Positions 61,814 to 64,000 of a DNA stretch of 64,000 bases are shown one piece after another. Under the pieces are notes generated by a model that was given only the letters and a program-made list of their open reading frames with translations, had not been told where the DNA came from and searched no databases. The DNA lies in contig OZ253470.1 of assembly GCA_965261735.1 (NCBI GenBank), forward strand, positions 1,188,129 through 1,252,128. Reading direction: 5' to 3'. Source of the DNA: Alphaproteobacteria bacterium (GTDB lineage: Bacteria > Pseudomonadota > Alphaproteobacteria > SHVV01). Each line of letters opens with the position of its first letter. The first letter of the stretch is position 1. The position numbers and the translations under genes were made by a program.

Positions 61814-62197
61814 TCAGTCGTTCTTGACGAGCATGAGCCCGGCGCGGTCGAGCATCTTCAACAGGCGCCCGAGCGCCCGCCCGCGGCCGAGCACGCGGCC
61901 CCGGCCGGTGACGAGGTAATGGCCCTCGTCCGCTCCGCCTCGCGGCAGCTTGACGACGCGATAGGCGGGGACGTCGTGGGTGTGCCGAAAGACCGTGAAG
62001 ACGGCGCCGTGGGGGCTCGGTTCGATGGCGTAGTCGCGCCATTCGCCAGCCATGACCTTGCGGCTATAGAGCGCCAGGATCTGGTTCAGCTCCTTGCGGT
62101 CGAAGAAGACGGGTACGGGATTGGGGAAGGGGTGCTTAGATCGAGTCGCGAATCCGGCCGCTTGGCGAAGGGCCGCGAATTCAACGACCTGGCTCAT
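61814..62197 (-). CDS. DUF2794-family protein, a conserved alphaproteobacterial hypothetical.
   Basis: 127-aa clean ORF (MSQVVEFAALRQ...EWRDYAIE...). The assignment is from memory of the family pattern only. Confidence 0.45.
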   Translation of the reverse strand: MSQVVEFAALRQAAGFATRSKHPFPNPVPVFFDRKELNQILALYSRKVMAGEWRDYAIEPSPHGAVFTVFRHTHDVPAYRVVKLPRGGADEGHYLVTGRGRVLGRGRALGRLLKMLDRAGLMLVKND

Positions 62198-62371
62198 GTG
62201 CGGGTTCGCTCCGCGCAGGCCAGCGGACCAATCCGGTATGATCGTGCGGCGGTAGCCGGGGCCGGTCCTAGAGGCTGCGCCCGCTCGTAGCTGCCTTCGA
62301 TCAGTTCTCCTCCCAAAGCCATCCTAGTCCGGCGGCCGAGGGTCGGCAAACGAAACCTGTTGGCCGGGGCC

Positions 62372-63342
<971 letters not shown>

Positions 63343-63346
<4 letters not shown>

Positions 63347-63999
63347 CTGCCCACCGTGGATGCCTCCTCGAGGCGGATGCAGGCGGCGCTGTGGCCGGGG
63401 CCGAGTGCCACCGGGGGCGGCACGCGCGCGTCGCACGCGGTGATCGTTAGCGGGCAGCGCCCGGCAAAGGGGCACCCCGGGGGCAGGGCATCGAGCTCCG
63501 GCACACGCCCGGCGATGGTCTCGAGCCGACGGGCGCCCTCGCCGAGACGCGGAACGGCCGCGAACAATCCCCGCGTGTAGGGGTGGGCCGGGCGGCCGAA
63601 CACGGCGTCCGTCGGCCCCTCCTCCAGGAAGGTCCCGCCATACATCACGTGGACGCGCCGCGTCGTTTCGGCGACGACGGCGAGGTCGTGCGATATCAGG
63701 ATCAGCGCCATGTCGGATTCGTCGGCAATCACCTTGATGAGGTCGAGGATCTGTGCCTGCACCGTGACGTCCAGAGCCGTCGTCGGCTCGTCGGCGATGA
63801 GCACGTCGGGGCTGCCGGCGAGCGCTATGGCGATCATCACGCGCTGGCGCTGGCCGCCCGACAGCTCGTGGGGATAGGCGCCGAGCCGGCGTTCCGCGTC
63901 GGCCATGCCGACGCGCTCGAGCAGGCGGTGCGCCTCGGCTCTGGCGGCGTGGCGCGTACCGCCGTGGGTGCGGAGCGCCTCGCCGATCTGCCGCCCCAC
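63343..63999 (-). CDS. Oligopeptide/dipeptide ABC transporter ATP-binding protein, DppD/OppD-like. It is partial: the N-terminus lies beyond the window edge.
   Basis: Signature LSGGQRQRVMIAIAL, Walker B VLIADEPTTALD and a C-terminal GCPFAGRCP motif. There is a 4-bp overlap with the downstream ATPase gene. Confidence 0.8.
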
Positions 64000-64000
64000 C

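Overview
This is a high-GC (about 65%) accessory region that looks alphaproteobacterial, Rhizobiales-like, and plasmid- or ICE-derived. It is heavily reworked by insertion sequences.

The left third (1-20.7 kb) is an IS graveyard. It holds a frameshifted traG/virD4 coupling-protein gene, and the gene downstream of traG has had its start codon split off by an IS5 insertion (4-bp TSD TTAG). It also holds IS1380 and IS66 fragments, two 99.7%-identical IS630 copies, three IS256-family elements and four IS1595-family copies, three of them truncated. Among these sit an intact Irr-like Fur-family regulator directly upstream of katG, and a umuD'-like/umuC pair truncated by IS256.

The middle (21-46.4 kb) carries two diverged paralogous loci for ATP-dependent hydantoinase-type cyclic-amide (N-methylhydantoin/hydantoin/ureide) catabolism. 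Each has hyuA, hyuB and an isochorismatase-family N-carbamoylsarcosine-amidase-like hydrolase. Together they also hold a PuuE-like polysaccharide-deacetylase-fold amidohydrolase, a COG0523 metallochaperone GTPase, a D-hydantoinase/dihydropyrimidinase, an IS-truncated D-carbamoylase remnant, a PotABCD-type ABC importer and a 938-aa flotillin.

The most unusual feature concerns the two HyuB proteins. Both carry a roughly 100-190 aa N-terminal extension not expected in HyuB. The same extension is encoded as a standalone 175-aa protein in an operon with the amidase and a peroxiredoxin. A roughly 30-aa amphipathic N-terminal peptide is shared by HyuB1, the standalone protein and the Prx5 peroxiredoxin. 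The core of the extension follows the spacing of the Rad52/Sak beta-beta-beta-alpha signature.

The right part (47.7-64 kb) is core-like: dapD, a HAD nucleotidase, a frameshifted GAF-GGDEF gene, DUF2336, cobB, an LMW-PTP, thpR, an aldo-keto reductase, tesA divergent from ybbA-ybbP, BI-1/YccA, DUF2794 and dppF/dppD-like ATPases.

Several genes show frameshifts at homopolymers. These are either real decay or sequencing errors. I found no CRISPR array, tRNA or rRNA.
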